Source of the DNA: Lama glama
Taxonomy: Eukaryota
DNA: 64,000 nucleotides
Direction of reading: 5' to 3'
NCBI GenBank assembly: GCA_028534125.1
Contig: CM052817.1
Location: 94,862,001-94,926,000, forward strand
Under the pieces are notes generated by a model. It did not search any database, had not been told where the DNA came from, and was given only the letters and a program-made list of their open reading frames with translations. Positions 50,783 through 63,583 of this stretch are shown piece by piece; within the stretch, counting starts at the first letter, position 1, and the number at the start of each line of letters is the position of its first letter. A program made the translations under genes and the position numbers.

Positions 50783-51034
50783 GGGAGGGGATAGCTCAGT
50801 GGTAGAGTGTGTGCTTCACATGCACAAGGTCCTGGGTTCAATCCTCCGTACCTCTGTAAAAAATAAATAAATTACCTAATTACCTCTTCCTTCCACAATA
50901 AATAAATAAATACTTCTGTTTAAAAATATAAAGAGATAAAACACATTTTTCTTTTCATCTGACTGTCCCATACATAGAATTAGGATGTGGTACTTGAATC
51001 TAATTACAAGTACCAACTGAAACCTAAAAAAAAA
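50783..51034 (+). mobile_element. Camelid-type tRNA SINE (Vic-1-like) with extra 3' sequence
   Basis: A box tagctcagtgg, B box ggttcaatcc. Perfect 15-bp TSD aaattagtgatagag at 50768-50782 and 51035-51049. Confidence 0.92.
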
Positions 51035-53342
51035 AAATTAGTGATAGAGTTGCAATTAGCAATTAACAGATAAACATTTCTGCCGTGTCCATCTGCTGAG
51101 TGCTGTCCTGCAAGGATCCTCAGTTCTAGCCTCTGAGGCCAGACCTGAATATCCTGAACTTTAAAGCCTGACTGGGGTCATGATCGTGTCATTCTCGTTA
51201 TTAACAGGGAGCAGCGTTATTTTTGTGGCCTCAGGGTCCTCAGGAAAACGTCAGAGGAGGACCCTGATGTATGAGGCAGTGGCTTCCGCTCTCATGTTGG
51301 AAGCGATTAAACCCTCCTTTCCTTTCGGGAAAACTAGGAACATACTGGCAGACGTTCCAGCTGCTTGTGTGATTTTTGTTAGGTCATTGGGCTAAGTTAA
51401 CAGTTTAGCACTGGAGCCTCGTTTCACGGCTATCTGGAAGCTCACAGCCTCCGTGACAAACAAATGAAAACTATGGAAGTATTTTGTTGTTTATTTCAGC
51501 AAAAGGAAGATGGGACTGTTTTAATCCTGTAAAGAATATAATTTTCCCTCCCCTCCTCTTCTCCAGCCACCCAGCTTCAACACACACACACCTTTCGAAT
51601 GATATGGACTCATTATTAGTCAGCTGTTAATTTTGTGGATAAAATCGAAACTATGAGAAGCTGCTAAAAGTATATACTGGCAAATAGAGATTAGTCATAA
51701 GTTTAGAAACAGCTATCACAGGATCTCAGTATCCTCACAGATACAACTACCGGTGAACACCAGTGGTGGTCAGACTCTAGCTCTGCCGTGCTGGGAATTT
51801 CTGATTCTTTCCAGGCTAACTTAGCTTCATGAACCTGTTTGCAAATTCAAAGTCCCCTTTTAGGAGAATAAATTTCAACAATCTGAAAAATTTACTGAAA
51901 GCCTTCATTTAATTCCACTTGTAGGTTATAAATTGTGTATGTTTTTCTGAAAAAAAATCACTAACACACGGAGATTCTTGTCCTTTTTCCATCCCATAAA
52001 ACACTATCTTTCCTATGAAAAATATAGGCTGACATTGGTACTGCCAGAACAGAAAGAGGAATAATCAACACTAAATGGTCTCTCTGTGATAGAGTATCAC
52101 ATAGCCCCATCTGTCACACAGTGATAGGTGTAGGCGTCCTCCTCTATTTAACAGTACACGTTTTCTTTCACAGCAAGGGAAGTACCCATCTATACATTGT
52201 AAGGGTTTTTGCCCTCTTTGAGTTTGAAACCAGTGTCCCGTGAGAACTAAAGTAATGAATGAAAAAAAAAAATCAGACACTTATATGATTGTCGAAGTTG
52301 GCAATATTAAGAACAAAAATCAAGCTAATGTTAATTCATAAAATAGCAGCATTCTAATGATTCATAATGAGGTCTAGGGACTTCACTCAGATCTAACGCC
52401 ATTCTCTTCAAAATAGTCATTGTTATTCCATTATGTTTGTCAAAGTTACTACGCTTTTGGGAGTGTTACTAATTCTCCCTGACCTTCACAAAAAAAATGT
52501 TTCTCTCTTCATCTGGATTGTTTAGTCTGTTGGTGGTGAGTTGAGGTGAATTTTACACCTTCAATCCATTATTAGTGTCTAATTACCGGGGTTGCCATGA
52601 GGGACCTTGGCTTTGTGATCTAGGGGCCTCCACTCATAGGGTGGTCTCCGAGTGACATACCTGAAAGGCCCAACTTCTCATTATGGTGCCTGTTTCTGGT
52701 GAGTCGTGTCATGTGTGGGGCCGGGGTTAAGATGTGTGTTTGGTTTTCAGAAGGTGGGGGGTGTAACAGGGTCCCAAAGACACCGTCCTTGTACACAGGC
52801 ATAGGCATACATTTCAAAATTAAACTGACTGTAAGAAAACACGTGTTTTCATAAACATTTGTTGGGAGCCTCATGCTGTTTCGATTTGGACGCCGCCGTT
52901 TGTTATTCTAGTGGCTCTCTCTCGATGAGCTGAAGTTCTGTATAAGCAGACACTTTCGTGCATGTCAACGGGATTATTTTGGAAATACGAGCTAATTACA
53001 AGCCTAGCAGTGTTCAGGATGTGTGCTTCAGAGGAAAACTGTTTTTCTAAAACGTTTCAGGGAGAATTTGAAGAAAGACCTGCATCAACTGAAAAACCAA
53101 TACCTGGACATTTCTTGCTACATCAAAAATCTAACTCCAGTTAAAATTTTAGATTAACTGAATTCTTGTGGAAGAGTTCCAGACTTGTTAGAATAATGTT
53201 TTCAGAATAAACTTCAAACATCAATTGACTCAAGGCTCTGGAAGAGAATAACTACCAATTATAAATTTTTTATATCCTGTATTATGTGTCATGGAAGTTA
53301 CATTCTTATGAACAAACATAGGATTTATATTTTTCTTTTTCC

Positions 53343-53344
<2 letters not shown>

Positions 53345-53377
<33 letters not shown>

Positions 53378-53388
53378 TACACACACAA
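53345..53388. repeat. (CA)n microsatellite
   Basis: acacacacacacacacacacacacacacatacatacacacaca. Confidence 0.95.
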
Positions 53389-53509
53389 GAAAGATAAAGA
53401 AAGAGTTTAGAAACCATATGCAAATATTCTTGAGTCATTTTGCAAGACTGGACAAGGTTCCAGAATTACCACCTCAGTCTGTAAGGCCAGTTTGGTCTAA
53501 GGTTTTATG

Positions 53510-53544
53510 TAACTGTTGCTTATCTGTTCCCCACCCAAGTCACA
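53510..53544 (+). repeat. 35-bp direct repeat, copy 1
   Basis: taactgttgcttatctgttccccacccaagtcaca, identical to 54811-54845. Confidence 0.95.
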
Positions 53545-54387
53545 TACATAAGTTTACAATCATTTACAGTGGGCCTTCTCGGAAAAGGATAGCAAGATAA
53601 CTTGTTATAAAAACACAAAGACCATTCTTTATAATGAAAGAGATGACAATTCAGTGAGAATACAGCGAGCTTTCTCTAAGGCTCAGCTAGAACTCAGGAG
53701 TCACTGAAGGAACAAGCAGAGGAGGGATGGGTTCTGCCTCCATGTTAGAACCGTGACCACACTTCAGAAATGTCATCAGAGGTGGAACGGCTGCATCTGA
53801 TGGCAGAGTGGAGTTGGGGTGAAGTCAGTACCCGTCAACCACCCAGCTTGCTGGGCCAACTCATCGTGTCCCGTGAAGTCTTGAGTACTGGGTGCTGCCT
53901 GCCCTGGTCTGGGACGCTCCCTCAGCCAGCAGATTTCAGTCCACTGAGCACAGGAGCTGGGCGGTAATTTTAGTTTCACTTAATAGCGCATCTGAGGCTA
54001 GTCAAGACGAGGAGCAAGTCTATCCTGGCAGGACAGGGGATCAAATGGTCTTGCCCCTGGATCTTCCTTAGTGTGGGACATCGCATTAATGTATGTCACC
54101 ATACGGGGCCCCTTTGCCTGTCAATAAAGGGCAGGTGAGCATTCTGCCCCCGCCTCATTTCTGCAGAGCGCTGTGAAGATAATTAAATCATATATTTAAA
54201 GCATATTCAACTCTTTAGTATCATTGGTGTTCATCCTGTGAATTCAAGAGTTATTTTCAGGTGATTGCTTAACTTTTGAGGTGGGGTCTTAGTTCCAAAA
54301 CTGGGGTCAGGGTGTCCCTGGAATTTTAAATAGCTCTGAATACCTAGTTTTCAAATGCCCAAGTCATGTCTTGGATGCTTGCTCTTT

Positions 54388-54516
54388 TTTAAATATTTTA
54401 TTTATTTATTTAATTGGGGGGAGTATTTATTTATTTAAGTGGAGGTGCTGGGGATTGAACCCAGGACCTCAGGCATGCTAAGCAAGCACTCTAACCACTG
54501 AGCTATACCCACCCCC
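54388..54516 (-). mobile_element. Camelid-type tRNA SINE (Vic-1-like)
   Basis: Antisense A and B boxes. Perfect 18-bp TSD cttggatgcttgctcttt at 54370-54387 and 54517-54534. Confidence 0.92.
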
Positions 54517-54810
54517 CTTGGATGCTTGCTCTTTGATAAATCTTTTCAGAATCAAACAGATGCTCCTGGAGGATGGAAATTAAAGAATCCTGACAGAGTT
54601 ATGAACTTTCCCAGCTTTATTTTTGTGAGAACACAATTTTTTTTCACACGATTGACAAAAATCCTTTGACGTTTTGTTTCAGATGGACTTAAACTAAATG
54701 ATCTTTTTTGATTTGGAAATGTTTCCAGGATTATTTCTCCAGGAACTTGTAGAACAAAATTATTCTTAAATATGTTGATTGAATTACCGTGCACCTAGTC
54801 TTATGTATTT

Positions 54811-54845
54811 TAACTGTTGCTTATCTGTTCCCCACCCAAGTCACA
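54811..54845 (+). repeat. 35-bp direct repeat, copy 2
   Basis: Identical to 53510-53544. Confidence 0.95.
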
Positions 54846-55673
54846 CAGCCCATTCCCCGAAGAGGTCTATAAATTAACAATGCAGATTCCCAGCTTCAGA
54901 GGTCATTTTATAGAAATGTCATGTCGCTGACTCCCGTGTGACCATATCAGGAACTGTGCCTCCTGCCTCCTCCCCGCTCCTCCCCTCGATGGCCCCACTT
55001 ACTGCTCTTTGTTTATTTTTTTCTTAATATCTTCATCCTACTCCTTATACTGGACGCTGAAGAGGGCTTTTTCTTTTTTCTCACAAAAATCACTTCGTGA
55101 GAGGAAATCGGTTCTGTTTATCCTTCACATATGTCTCAGGGAGCCGGCAGGCAGCTCTGCCATCCTAAAGAAAGCCATGCATAATGGAGAGGGTTTAGCC
55201 CAATAAGCCAGTCTGGTCCCAATTCATCAGTCAAAGTTTTATGCAAGTGGCCTCCCTGGGTTGATAAATCCCCCCAGTGCCTGTTGACCCAGCTGCCAAG
55301 TCCTCTTGCTGCAGGCGGTGTTTTCATGGCCACCCTGACAGTAATACAAACTGTTTAGCAGCTCCATTGACCTTTCAGCTATTAACAGGGACATAGGCTC
55401 AACGAGGGACTAGTTTTCAAACATGACAGAATTTCTTAACACTAGAGGTCATGAACAAGTATATGCCCTATAAAAATCCATTCAGCATGGTGGATTTGAA
55501 GTCTAAAAGACAGGGAAGCATGTTCCACATTTTTGCTCTTTATTTTCCTACACGTCCAATAACTAAAAAAGGTATACGCTTATCTCACCAGCTTATGTTT
55601 TATTCTCAGTGTGCAACATCTTAGGTTGTGGTGCACAATACTTCTTAAGCTGTCAGATAGTTTCTGAAATTTT

Positions 55674-55777
55674 TTTTTATGTTATTTATTTTTTAAGTTT
55701 TGGGAGGTACTGGGGAGTGAACCCAGGACCTTGTGCATGCTAAGCACTCACTCTTCCACTAAGCTATACCCTCCCCC
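55674..55777 (-). mobile_element. Camelid-type tRNA SINE (Vic-1-like)
   Basis: gaacccaggaccttgtgcatgctaagc...ccactaagctataccctcccc. TSD ttctgaaatttt at 55662-55673 and 55781-55792. Confidence 0.9.
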
Positions 55778-56442
55778 AACTTCTGAAATTTTAAAGATCT
55801 ATTATAAGAGAACGGGACAAGATCAAAGTGAACATTTCTAATGAATAGATGAGCACCTATACGTAATATACGGTAGTGGCTTAAGTGTAACTGGAGTTTT
55901 ATTCATGCTTTCCCAAGATTTGTGTATGCGTCCATAGGTACACAAACACACTTAAACATACTCAGGTATTCCACACAAGGCTATGTAGAGCCATCACTTA
56001 CTTAAAAACATATAGAAAATATTATATCATAATTTATAAAAAAGATTTATCTAAATGACCATGTTATTTTAAAAGCTTATACTCTAAGGCTTCCTACAGT
56101 TATATCTTATTTTCTGAAGATGTGACATGGGACCACAGCATTCAAGGGAATTTTCTGCTTTATACTGATTGTAGTCTTTCTTAAACTATCCATTTTGAAT
56201 ATTGGAAAATCAGTTTCTAGAGTAATTGTACGAATTGCTATGAAAACATGATTGAATTGCCACTTATAAGTGGCATTTGTTAAAAATACCTAATATGGAG
56301 ATTACGAATAATTAAAAATATATTCTTCAGAAAGGGACTCATTTGTTAAGAGTCAAAAACTCTTAAAAGCGTTTCTTTTTAATACCCATGTTTCTTCCCT
56401 GCCTGGGACAGTGGTAGAAATCTGATATTATTGCAACTTCTA

Positions 56443-56632
56443 TTTTTTTTTAATTGAACTATAGTCAATTTACAGTGTTGTGTCAATTTCTGGGGTACAG
56501 CATAGTGATTCAGTTATATATACATTTCTTTTCATATTCTTTTTCATTATAGGCCATTACAAGGCATTGAATATATTTCCCTGTGCTGTACAGCAGACCT
56601 TATTATTAATCTACTTTATATATAGTAGTATC
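56443..56632 (-). mobile_element. L1 3' end (camelid type)
   Basis: T-run followed by attgaactatagtcaatttaca...tacagcatagtgattcagttatat...ttccctgtgctgtacag. Confidence 0.88.
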
Positions 56633-59600
56633 TACAAATCTAGACCTTCTGAATATCTTATGCTTTTATTATGACATAATGTATCATCAGATATTGCAGT
56701 ACTTGAGATAACGGCAGATTTAGTCTTGCATAAAACAGCTACATGAATTTGTAAAATGATGTTTTCTAGAGGAAGATGCTCTTTTTAAAGAAAAAAATTT
56801 CACTAGCATTATTTTTTTACTAATTCATTTTAGTTGAGTTAAAAAATTTGTTGCTTAAAGATTCATTTTTGTCAACATAGACAAATGAATCAAAAAGTAT
56901 TAACATCAAAATTTGGGAATTTGTCATCCTAATAGTCTTCAAAGAGAATTTAAACTGACATTTTTGTGCTATTTTTAAGGACAAGAACTCATTGCAAATT
57001 TTTACCTCCATTTAAAGCATTTAGTGATATTTAAAATGTCTGCCTTTACATGATGTAAAATTGAAACACTAGCGGATCTGCAGTTTTTTAAGTGGGAAAA
57101 AGATTTGCTTTTTTAGACTACTTCTAAAAGGAAAATAGGCTTTAAGTCTTTTGAATCATGTTGTAATCAAGGTGTTATTTAAAATACCTATTTTCCCAAT
57201 TACAAACATTTCTTATTTAATGTCTAACATTTTTATCAATTATGGCTTATGAATTAAGTTTTTAATTTAAAAAATTGATTTTGGATATAAATTTATGAAC
57301 AGAATACAGCTCCTTCTTCATATTAGGAAACAATGCCATTAGCTTTTTATTATACCCTAATTTTTCAGGTTTTAATTTTGTACCACATCGGAATAAGTAC
57401 AATTATACTCCAGGATTAATCATGGGATTTAATCAGCCTACAGGTATCTTTTGCTTGTCTACTGTGTTCAAGATCCTGTATTATGTGCTATGGAAGGAGA
57501 ATATAAATAAGAATTAAGCCCCTTCTTCCAGTTTATTTGTACCTTAAATCTGGAGATTGCACAGATTGTCAAAAATGTAATATTATTTAATATTATCTAA
57601 GATAAATGTTGTCCCTCTGGGACCACAAAATTATGCCAGAACATTGTGTATTATCAATTGCCAAATAAACGGCCCAGAGGTTCTGGGTACTCAGGTGGGT
57701 AGAACTCACCATGATTTGGCTTCCTGGTCTGGTCTGTTCTGCTATGATGTGATTGCCTTTCACACTGATTAGCCCACCTATAAAAGAGAATGATGACTGC
57801 AGAGCTTGGAAATTCCATAGCTTTTCAAGCAAGTAGAGTCAGAATGACAAGAAAAGGGACGTGTTCTGAGTCCTGTCATTGCACAGGCAGAAGGAACCTT
57901 CTTAGCTGAGTGTTAAAGTGATAAGTAAGTGCCTACACTGGGTTCCCCTCCCCCAGGAGGCACTCCGTCAGCCTTGCTTGGCTCTCCACGGGGTTCCCTT
58001 CCTCCTGAGTTCAAAGCTTCACTTCCATCGCCATGTTGGTTTTGTGTGTTTCTAATCTCCCCTGAGCTACGGCTGACCTGCTCCTGGGTTGCCCCCTCCT
58101 GAGGTACCAAGTTTTGTTTCTCTTAGTGCTTTAGTTTCAAAGTTGCGTAGATCTTCAAGGGGTCTGCCCCAACTTAATTTTTCCCATAAGCCTTATTATT
58201 TTCAGTACGTGATTTTGTAGACTATAAGATTTTTCAGGAACAAGTCCACCGAATTAAAGTGGAAATGCCTATTTTTCTACATTTACCACTAACAATTATA
58301 GTAGACCAGTTTCTGAATTTAGGTCCTGGAAAACATAATACAAGAAACACGTAAGGCAATTTAATAAAATTGTACTTTGTCTTTTTTTTCCGTAAAAGCA
58401 GATGACCTTATTATCTAGTTTCATTAGTCATTTCTCCTAGGTCTTCCTTTTAAGGAAATGCGTAACTTTCCATTCCTTAGTTTTCCCTGGGAAACATATA
58501 CATTGAGTTGAGCTGATAAGGTTGAATGACGGCAATCCACACACCCTTTTAGATACTTGTGTATCGAGGTGGTGGTGTTTGGATAGGAAGATGAATAGGG
58601 CCTGAAATACAGGTGCCTGGCTCCCTCTTTCCTGAAGAGGGCCAGTTGAGTAGGAAGCTGTGCTAGGAAAGAGTTCCAGATGATCTGTAATTAGCTGTGT
58701 GAATGCTATTTAATCCCCTCGTCCACATTCTGATCATCTGAATTTGGGAATAAGAAGACCAGCCCTGTCTCATGAGGATGAAGTTGAATATGAAATTATT
58801 GGAAAGTGTTTAAGGGGCTTCATTATTTGCTTTCATTGTGGTTGTATGTTTAACCCCAGAACAAAATTGAGCAAGAAGTTGTGAAAGTTGCAGCCCAAAC
58901 CCACCGCTCCACCAAATTGCTGCTACCTCTGTCCTCTTTGAGTTTAGCACCCACTCGATCCCAAACTGCTGTATTAAAGCCAGCCAACACTAGCACGTAC
59001 TCAGCATTTAAGTCAGAGATCTCAAAATGAAGGCATCTTGGACATGGAGAAGAGAGCCAAGGCCGAGCCCCCCTTGTTCAGCTCATTTCAAAACAGAGAC
59101 ATGCAGTAGTTTGAGAAATAAGACAGAACACTGGTTTTCCCATTCCAAATTTGAATTCTAGAAATATACAGTACAAATTTAAAATATATTTAATATGATA
59201 CTTAATGTTCATAAGTTCAGAGTGATTATTGAATTTCAGTTTCTTTTCCCTTTACCCTAATATCAAGGTTGCTCGAGACATATATAAAAAGATTTTTCTA
59301 AGCAGCCTACACATGATATAAGGTCAAGGAAGGCATTCTTTAAGAATGAATGAAAGCAAGTAGCTCCTAAAACATTCAGTGTTTTGGTATATCTCAAAAA
59401 AACACTTGAAAAATACTCTTAGGAAAGATGTATTACCATCTGCACAGCCATGAAGTCTCAATGAGACCAATATTGCCTGGTTACACAGAAACACATTCTA
59501 TTTTCTCTGTTCTCCTACTTGGAATACGATTGCATCAGGAATGTATGAGATTCCTCACAACCAAACTGAACTTCTATGATGTATTGTTGTTATATGAACT

Positions 59601-59820
59601 GCTACAAAATGGTTATGTGTAGTCACAGGACATGCTAAGTCCAACAAAACCCAAAATTCTACCTCTCATGGGTAAACTGACACTGCAAAGAGAAATGTCA
59701 ACATGAGAGAAGAATTTAGTGAACATCCAGATGAAAGAAAATCATCTAGACTTAAAAAAAAATTAGTTTGTATGTTGACCTTCAAGAAAGGCACTAAAAT
59801 AAATATTTAAGAGATGACAC

Positions 59821-60071
59821 GGTGAGGAGAGGGGAGGGATAAATTAGGAGTTTGGGATTAACAGATACAAGCTACTCTATATAAAACAGATAAACAACAA
59901 GGACCTACTGTATAGCACAGGGAACTACATTCACTATCTTGTAATAACCTATAATAGAAAAAGATGTAAAAAAAGAATATATATGTATAACTTAATCCCT
60001 ATGCTGCACGCCAGAAACTAACATAACATCACAACATTGTAAATCAACTATACTTCAATTAAAAAAAAAAA
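59821..60071 (+). mobile_element. L1 3' end (artiodactyl type)
   Basis: ggggagggataaattaggagtttgggattaacagatac...aatcaactatacttcaatt followed by A11. Confidence 0.9.
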
Positions 60072-60509
60072 GTCGGTAGAATAATGCCACAACTTAAAGC
60101 CAGCCAACAGCTTCCTACCCCTGAATAAAACATCACATGTGCATATGCAATAAATAAATAAGACACAGCACTAACACACAAGTGCTCATTCCTATGCCTC
60201 AAGCTATGTAAATGGAAAACAGTAAAATCTATCCCATCATGAAAAATTTTCTGCTTCCTTACTTTTTTTAGGTAAAAGTGCTGAGTAATGGTTTTAGGAA
60301 CAATGAGTGGTTATGGGTTATTGCTGTATATCAAAATGCTTACAGAGTGAGGAAATCCATTAAACCACAGAATCTATGGTGGCATACAAAGACTGCCTCC
60401 TTGTGCAGAGGCGAAATTCCATCCAGTCATAAGATTTCAGAAGCCCTGACCATACTCATTTCATGGCCCCGTTAATTGCTACTGGCCGGGAATGGTCCTG
60501 ATTTAGGAA

Positions 60510-60670
60510 AGTGCCCCTCAGGCTGGAATATGCATGTGAATCACCTGACAGGCTGGCTGAAGTGCAGATTCTGATTCTGTAGGTCTAAGAGCTGGGGTCC
60601 TTGAGAGTCTGCATTTCTAACAAACTCCCAGGTGACACTGGGGCTACTGCTCTGGGACCACACTGAGTAC
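60510..60670. mobile_element. MER5-like hAT MITE
   Basis: gaatcacctg...gcagattctgattctgtaggtct...tctgcatttctaacaaactcccaggtga...ggaccacact. Confidence 0.8.
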
Positions 60671-63461
60671 TGAGGATTTAGACTTAGCAGTTTTTTCCTG
60701 CCTCACGAGAATGGGAAAAAGCACGGGAGAAAAACAGTTTTGCCAAGGTTACAGTCACAAGGGAACACTTTTCCATGCGCCCCAAAGTGAATATGGATAA
60801 AAGAATAAGACAGTTCTAACAGCACCTCCTTCATCACCTCAAGCAGATTGACTGAGAGAAGCTATGGAATTATTACATCTTCTGAAACTTCCAATGAGTT
60901 AGGATTTTATAAATGAGTATGACTCATGAGCTATGTGCCTTGTTTTATAGTAACACAAATTAAAAATCCAGACCCCTAACAAAAATTTCAGAATGAGTCC
61001 CTTTACTTTTTGTAAAAGACACAGTAGATAGATTTCTGCATCACTCACTCCGAAGAGCAGGGCTGCCAAGACAGAATTTACCCCTGTGTTTCTATACAAA
61101 TGCACAGAAGACTTCTTATAATTGATTGGTTCATTCATTTATTAAATTAAAATCATAAAGTTAAAACCATCCTTCATCCCACTGCCCGGGAGACATTCAC
61201 AGTTGGCCTTAGCTGTTCACAAAGTCATCACATATGATGTGTGTTATAAATTACTCAGGCTTTTCAACTTCCTCCTTTATTTCAAGAAAGTATCTGAAGC
61301 TTTACGCTACAACACAAAACCAGCCAAAGTACGTTTCTGAGAAGATGTCTTACATTTCTGAAAACAATGCTTTATACGTTAAAAAATGTCGGACAATTTT
61401 CTGCTCTAGCCCTTTAGTGTTTCATTATTTGTCATGTGTAAAGGACTGGGAAATGTGTTCTTCTGATCTACATTAAGTTTGAGAACTTTGGGGATAACTG
61501 TCAAAAAATGGGCACCATATATTGTGTATTTCAAACCTACGTATCCTTTTGGGTAAGTTTTCTAGTTTGAAAGCTACCTCAGACTTCATTCAGTAGAGCT
61601 AAGGATCCAAAAGTTTAGAAAGTAATTGTTTCAAAGAAGAACAAGACTAAGCAATTCTTATTAGGCCTGCATTAAAACACCCAATTTCCTAGTCCAGTAA
61701 AAATAAGAATGAAAAATGAGTTAATCTATCATAGGTATATACTCCAGATTTTTGTGCAGGTCTAGGTGTATAGATGTGGAAATTATGAATACACAAGATG
61801 GTCTGTTTCAAGGTGACAATAATAGTAAATTTCAAATGAACGTGTTTTATTCCCTTTCCTTCTCCTCATTCCATGTAAAGGAACCGCATTCTTTTCAATG
61901 GAAGGAGGAAATGTCACTAGAACAAAGAGTGGGTGGAGAGGAGACGGATGGTTGGCATCACCAAAAACCTTTGTCAGACTTTCCCAAATATATTACTAGA
62001 AAAATAAATTTTCATATGCTGACTTAATTCCCAGCTGGAGGAGAAAACAATCATCTCTCTTTATGTCATGCTTACTTCTTAGCCTGTTGTTTATTTATTA
62101 TGATTATAATTAGTGTAAAAATGCTTTATTTAAAATGAGTTTAATCATGCCTTAGAAGAATTTTGTAACATTTGAGTTAACTTAGACAATAGAGAGAAAT
62201 ACAGTGAGTGTTTTTAGTTTTATGCTTATGATATAGAAGTACAGGGATTTGAGTTTAATGTTATCCCTCCCCTAAATAGTCCACATATCCTGAATATCGT
62301 CACTCAATAGCATTTTAAAGAAACAAACATCCTTTTAAAATCCCATTAATCTCATTTACTCATTCAACAGATTTTTAAGAAGCATCTTCCATGTGCTGTA
62401 TAGTCTTCTAGGTCCAGAAAAGACACGAGAGAAGAGAGGGAAATATTTGTCTTCATGGAGTTTATAGTCCAGAAAATGTATTTGAAAAAATTTCTACTAT
62501 ATACATTTAATTTAGTTTGATAAACGTTTATCAAATGCTTATATGGTATTTTCCTAGCTCCTATGATTATAAGTAGTTGAAGGAGATAAGATACTTCAGT
62601 AGCTTAAATATTATCTTTCTACAACATCCCTCAATCCCAAATTAGTACTAAATACTTTTGTGTTTGCCTGTCTGTCTTCCCCCATGGTGGTCTCCATGAG
62701 GATCAGAACCCTGTTTTGTTTCTGTCTTATCCCCACGAAGAGCACAGTCCCTTGCAGAGTAAATGACTAGACTTGAAGAGGGTTGAATATGTAGTTTGTG
62801 CCCCCAGGAAGCTTTCATGTCAATGGGGAAGGGGAAATAGGACAACTCGTTCCTTCAGAGAGGTGAAGTCCTGTAAGTGATGAGCTATGTTTTATGTAAC
62901 TTTTCATATTAAAGGATTCCCCAATAGAATAACAGTCTAAAAGGAGGGGGGGATTTATTTAACATGCTAAGTGAGGAATATTAGTTATCAACTTCATAAA
63001 GGAGAAATAAAGATCATTTTCCTAGCTAATTAAATAAAAATGTAAGGGAACCATCATGTTTATAAATGACAACCACATAGTCTTAGATAAGCTAAGTAAG
63101 CCTAAGGATGAAGTAATCCCAACCACAGATAGATAAGCATTTGCTCAGTCTCAGGTAAAAAACAACTTAGAACTCCCTCCACAATCTCAGTGTCCACATA
63201 TTTGAATGTTTGGTGAAAAATAGTCAAAGTATTTAATTGGAAGATCAGCTAGGAAACAAGGATCAGATACCCTGCCCTGAAGAAGTGCGTTTCAGTAATA
63301 AATCCATAGGCATCACATCCCCTTATGTTTTCCCAGTGCACTTGCATCAGTGTCCCTACCCTTTGTCTCAGACAGACAGCATCTTCTGGTTGTTGTTTAA
63401 TCAAAGTCACCTGCATTCTTCTTTTTTCTTTTTTTGAGCAGCTATAGCTTTGTGGGTATAA

Positions 63462-63583
63462 TTTTTTTTTATTATTGAACTACAGTTGACTTACAATGTT
63501 GTGTTAATTTCTGGTGTACAGCATAGTGATTCAGTTATACATATATATATATATATATTCCTTTTCGTATTCTTTTTCATTAT
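63462..63583 (-). mobile_element. L1 3' end (camelid type)
   Basis: ttattgaactacagttgacttacaatgttgtgttaatttctggtgtacagcatagtgattcagttata. Confidence 0.88.

Noticed and set aside
50782..50855. tRNA gene (A and B boxes present; same for the other four copies)
   Set aside because: Each copy has an A-rich tail and TSDs and lacks a proper acceptor stem, so these are SINEs.
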